Origin: an uncultured delta proteobacterium | Lineage (GTDB): Bacteria; Myxococcota; Myxococcia; Myxococcales; Anaeromyxobacteraceae | Reading direction: 5' to 3' | Assembly (NCBI GenBank): GCA_963766715.1 | Contig: CAVYBH010000013.1 | Coordinates: 64,001-128,000, forward strand | DNA length: 64,000 bases | Shown: positions 62,473 to 64,000 of the stretch, piece after piece | How positions within the stretch are numbered: the first letter of the stretch is position 1 | Layout of the letters: each line of letters starts with the position of its first letter | Made by a program: the position numbers and the translations under genes | Notes under the pieces: model-generated | Told to the model about the DNA's origin: nothing | What the model saw: only the letters and a program-made list of their open reading frames with translations | Database searches by the model: none

Positions 62473-63600
62473 CTGAGCCCCGACCGCGTGGTCGTCGTCG
62501 ATGACGACGTCCTCATCCTTCGAAACCTGAAGCGCATCCTCGAGAGCGCCGGGTTCGAGGTGCGCACCTACTCGACGCCCGAGGAGGCGCTGGCCAGGCT
62601 GGACACCGACCGCCCCACGGTCATCATCTCCGACTACATGATGCCGGGGATGGACGGCATCGCGCTCCTGCAGCAGGCGCGGGAGAAGGTGCCCGGCGCG
62701 GCTCGCGTCCTCTGCACCGCCGCCGAGGACTTCCGCATCGCCCTCGACGCCGTGAACTCGGGCGAGGTCTACCGGATCATCTCCAAGCCCTGGCACAACC
62801 AGGAGGTGGTGACCACCGTCGCGCAGGCCGCCGACGGGGCCCGCCTGCGCCGGGAGAACGAGCGGCTCACCATCCAGGTGCAGCAGCAGAACGACAAGCT
62901 GCGGGAGCTCAACCTCCGGCTCGAGGAGCGGGTGCGCGAGCGCACCGAGGCGCTCCTCGGCGGGCTCATCGCGGCGCTCGACTACCGCGACGCCGAGACC
63001 CAGTGGCACTCGCGGCGCGTCTCGCTCTACGCGCGGCGCCTCGCGCTGCAGCTCGGCGTGGCCGAGCCGGACCTGACCACCATCGAGCACGGGGCGCTGC
63101 TCCACGACATCGGCAAGATCGGCATCCGCGACCGCGTGCTCCTGAAGCCCGGCCCCCTCGACGCCAACGAGTGGAAGGAGATGAAGCGCCATCCGGAGCT
63201 GGGGTGGGAGCTGCTCCGCCGGGTCGAGTACCTCAAGAGCGCGTCGGTCATCGTCCTCGAGCACCAGGAGAAATGGGACGGCACCGGCTACCCGGGGGGC
63301 CTGAAGGGGGACGACATCCTCATCGGCGCCCGGGTGTTCCACGTGGTCGACGCCTACGACGCCATCACCAGCGACCGTCCCTACCGCAAGGCCCGGGGGT
63401 ACACCGAGGCCCGGTCGGAGATCGTCCGCTGCCGCGGCCAGCAGTTCGACCCGCGCGTGGTCGACGCCTTCCTCGACATCCCCGAGGAGGAGTGGCGCCG
63501 CATCAGCATCGACGTCGAGCAGTACGCCATCCTCTCCACGGAGATGGCCGAGCGGCCGCCGGGGACGGCCAGCGGACCCATGCCGCTCGCCCAGGCCTGA
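62473..63600 (+). CDS. Response regulator with HD-GYP cyclic-dinucleotide phosphodiesterase domain
   Basis: VVDDD, ISDYMMP, SKPW receiver; HDIGKIG, EHQEKWDGTGYP, DRPYRK; start uncertain (CTG 62473 or GTG 62488). Confidence 0.9.
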   Translation: MSPDRVVVVDDDVLILRNLKRILESAGFEVRTYSTPEEALARLDTDRPTVIISDYMMPGMDGIALLQQAREKVPGAARVLCTAAEDFRIALDAVNSGEVYRIISKPWHNQEVVTTVAQAADGARLRRENERLTIQVQQQNDKLRELNLRLEERVRERTEALLGGLIAALDYRDAETQWHSRRVSLYARRLALQLGVAEPDLTTIEHGALLHDIGKIGIRDRVLLKPGPLDANEWKEMKRHPELGWELLRRVEYLKSASVIVLEHQEKWDGTGYPGGLKGDDILIGARVFHVVDAYDAITSDRPYRKARGYTEARSEIVRCRGQQFDPRVVDAFLDIPEEEWRRISIDVEQYAILSTEMAERPPGTASGPMPLAQA

Positions 63601-63606
63601 TCGGCG

Positions 63607-63948
63607 ATGGCGACCACCTGCTACGGCTGCGGGGCGGTGCTGCGGTTCGACGGGCCCATCGGGCGGCGCACCGCCTGCCCGGAGTGCGACGCCGACCTGC
63701 ACGCCTGCATCAACTGCCGCCACCACGACGAGTCGGCGCCCCACGAGTGCCGGGAGCCGCACGCCGACCACTACGTCGACAAGATCGCCTCCAACGCCTG
63801 CGACCTGTTCCAGCTGGGCGACGGCGCGTCGCACCGGAGGGGCTCCTCGCAGGCGGCGCGCGACCGGCTGGGCGCCCTCTTCGGGGAGGCGCCGAGGCCC
63901 GTCGAGAACCCGCGCGACGCGCTCGAGGCCCTCTTCAAGAAGAAGTGA
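63607..63948 (+). CDS. Small Cys-rich hypothetical protein
   Basis: CYGC, CPEC, HACINC..C..C; ends LEALFKKK. Confidence 0.75.
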   Translation: MATTCYGCGAVLRFDGPIGRRTACPECDADLHACINCRHHDESAPHECREPHADHYVDKIASNACDLFQLGDGASHRRGSSQAARDRLGALFGEAPRPVENPRDALEALFKKK

Positions 63949-64000
63949 TCAAGGCCGGGCGCAGGCTCTGGCCGATCCAGGCGAGATAGGGCGCGAGGCC

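Overview
Very GC-rich bacterial chromosome segment. Gene content (myxosortase-like protease, extra Hsp70/J-domain pair, CxxxxCH multiheme cytochromes, AcnB, duplicated complex I) suggests an Anaeromyxobacter-like member of Myxococcota (inference). It contains: two back-to-back complex I operons (nuoABCD-G... leftward, running off the window, and an 11-gene nuoABCDHIJKLMN set without E/F/G rightward); Rrf2 plus a deoxyhypusine-synthase-like gene; Hsp70-DnaJ-CvpA; dGTPase; MrtC-like protease; MEMO1-like protein; gltX; two tandem lipoprotein cytochromes with about 19 heme motifs each behind an FNR-like box; aceE-aceF; a methyltransferase behind a sigma54-type promoter; an RND pump; a trans-sulfuration enzyme; tRNA-Glu/Gln/Cys; fumarase; NUDIX; TrxC; acnB; a molybdopterin oxidoreductase; an anti-sigma/ECF/cytochrome c module; an ArnT-like transferase; AhpC; a ferritin-like protein; thyX; an atypical Rho with a long structured leader; and a REC-HD-GYP protein. 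Many conserved genes are broken by 1-2 nt frameshifts, most likely uncorrected long-read errors, so several CDS were reconstructed by eye across frames and breakpoints are approximate. No CRISPR array, rRNA, transposase or integrase was seen.
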